A stretch of 63,998 nt of DNA, the filler included, from a bacterium (lineage in GTDB: Bacteria > JBBIVP01), in assembly GCA_037439705.1 (NCBI GenBank). It is 10 parts of 10 records of this genome, joined end to end, with 100 filler letters (N's around TTAATTAATTAA, not from the genome) between each part and the next. Parts side by side here need not be neighbours in the genome. Positions count along the whole stretch, not along the records: positions 60,293 to 63,998 come from JBBIVP010000187.1; 9 more parts are not named here. One strand, given 5' to 3'. Shown here in pieces: positions 62,778-63,998 of the stretch (positions are counted from its first letter, which is position 1; each line of letters starts with the position of its first letter). A model generated the notes under the pieces. It did not search any database and was not told the origin of the DNA. It saw nothing but the letters and a program-made list of their open reading frames with translations. The position numbers and the translations under genes were made by a program.

Positions 62778-63998
62778 CTATTTCCCGTAGTTGACGAAGT
62801 TGCTCATGGAGAAGAGTTCCTCCTTCAGGTCAATGTTGAAAATGGTTGGAATGACTTCTGTAGCAGTTCTATCACTTGTAGAAGCCCTGTTTCTTTTTTC
62901 ATCTACAAGGAAAGATATTTCCGCACTCCCTGCGGAAATTGAGTTATCAGGAGAGATGTAGTATCCCTGAGTCATTACCTGTGTCCTCCAGTAACTTCCG
63001 CCTCTATCCCATCCAAGTTTCATGTGGATCCGGAATGTTTCTGCGTCAACTATGAGCCACTGTTTTCCAACGCTGTAATATGGGTCCTTTGATATTCCCT
63101 CAACAATGTAAACGGGTCTTTCAACCCATACAACATTCAGAGGCCACCAGCCAGCAAGTTTTGGGTCTCCTTCTTTATATGCCCACTTTATTTTGTATCT
63201 GGGCTGGACAAAAGCCTTTGGTCCCTTCTTCTTTTCCCATTGACATCTTCTTGGAAAAGTTACAGTGATTTCATCAGGGTCTGGAATGTAAGGAAGTAGC
63301 ATTGTGGTCTTCTTTATTAGTTTCCATTTGAAAAATTCAACCTTTCCAGCGTAGCCGTTTACATCGTCAACCATATAATCGGTGGCACCAACAGGGTCAG
63401 AGCGATTTGCGCTGGATATCCTCCTTGTTCTTCTTAAAGATGGTATATACATCCATCCCGAATCCCATTTTTCAGGAGTAGTCCACCTCCATGTAAGGGT
63501 TGCTGTTCCAAAAAGGTCAGCAGGAGCGAGGTAAAGGGATATTTCCTTATAGGTAATGTCTTCCTTTGGAGTGAGCGGGTCTATTCTGAAATCATAAGAT
63601 AAACGGGCCTGTTTTCCTATAACCTCCACCTCAACACTCCTTCCCCTCAATGATTTCAATATCCACATTACCTCCTGAGAATTTGTTTGAAATTCCGTTG
63701 AGAAGAAGTTCCAGATGATTTTTGCACCTGCCTGAGGGTCGTTTTCATCTATTTCAGGAAATGGAAATCCGGGTCCAATGGGGACAGGTCTTTTTCCAGT
63801 TGAAGCATCTACTATTCCAGCATTTTCAAGTAATTTATACCTTTCTTTATTCTTTGAAGATGCTGAATAAAACCTTTCACTGTAAACACTTTTCATGTCA
63901 GGGGTCCCGAGTTTTCCGACCTTCAAAATGTACTCTCCCTTTTCTACCCTCTTTACAATTGGTTCTGGAAGGAGTTCTTTATAATTTGCTACATTTGT
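62778..63998 (-). CDS. DUF1329-family periplasmic protein (5' end outside window)
   Basis: GFPFP.ID..DP.AG.KI.WN, AP.D..GT..L, W.Y.PSLRR.RR, DPYY. Confidence 0.8.
   Translation of the reverse strand, partial: TNVANYKELLPEPIVKRVEKGEYILKVGKLGTPDMKSVYSERFYSASSKNKERYKLLENAGIVDASTGKRPVPIGPGFPFPEIDENDPQAGAKIIWNFFSTEFQTNSQEVMWILKSLRGRSVEVEVIGKQARLSYDFRIDPLTPKEDITYKEISLYLAPADLFGTATLTWRWTTPEKWDSGWMYIPSLRRTRRISSANRSDPVGATDYMVDDVNGYAGKVEFFKWKLIKKTTMLLPYIPDPDEITVTFPRRCQWEKKKGPKAFVQPRYKIKWAYKEGDPKLAGWWPLNVVWVERPVYIVEGISKDPYYSVGKQWLIVDAETFRIHMKLGWDRGGSYWRTQVMTQGYYISPDNSISAGSAEISFLVDEKRNRASTSDRTATEVIPTIFNIDLKEELFSMSNFVNYGK

Noticed and set aside
470-63268. Many short antisense or nested ORFs in the track
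   Set aside because: They lie within well-supported genes and look like shadow frames

Overview
This window is not one locus. It is ten short scaffolds (about 6.4-6.7 kb, in decreasing size) of an AT-rich, probably uncultured Gram-negative bacterium, joined by artificial 100-nt N/TTAATTAATTAA/N linkers, so gene neighbourhood only counts within a scaffold. The recA-pilT adjacency, Ahb heme enzyme and MopE-type Cys repeats suggest a deltaproteobacteria-like lineage (inference). Most content is housekeeping or metabolic: fabD-G-acpP-fabF, tilS, infB-rbfA-truB-rpsO-pnp, meaB, galK with a Na+/sugar symporter, ahbD, feoAB with a Fur box, methylmalonyl-CoA mutase, PBP1A, ftsH, recA, comM, bioB, lolE, lysS, tRNA-Cys and tRNA-Val. 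The most interesting items are: (1) an unannotated five-gene operon (23360-26707) encoding a tandem PH-like protein, a possible Cys-Gln thioester-domain protein without a signal peptide, a FecR-like protein and two zinc-ribbon proteins; (2) a CoA-transferase / CitE-like lyase / divergent SucCD-like ligase / ferredoxin operon; (3) a 54-bp structured repeat ending in RBS+ATG at which two scaffolds break; (4) recurrent leaderless promoter architecture; (5) a ClpX paralog lacking the zinc-binding domain. Several in-frame stops, even in lysS and pnp, look like consensus errors rather than recoding. No CRISPR array, rRNA, transposase or phage genes were seen.
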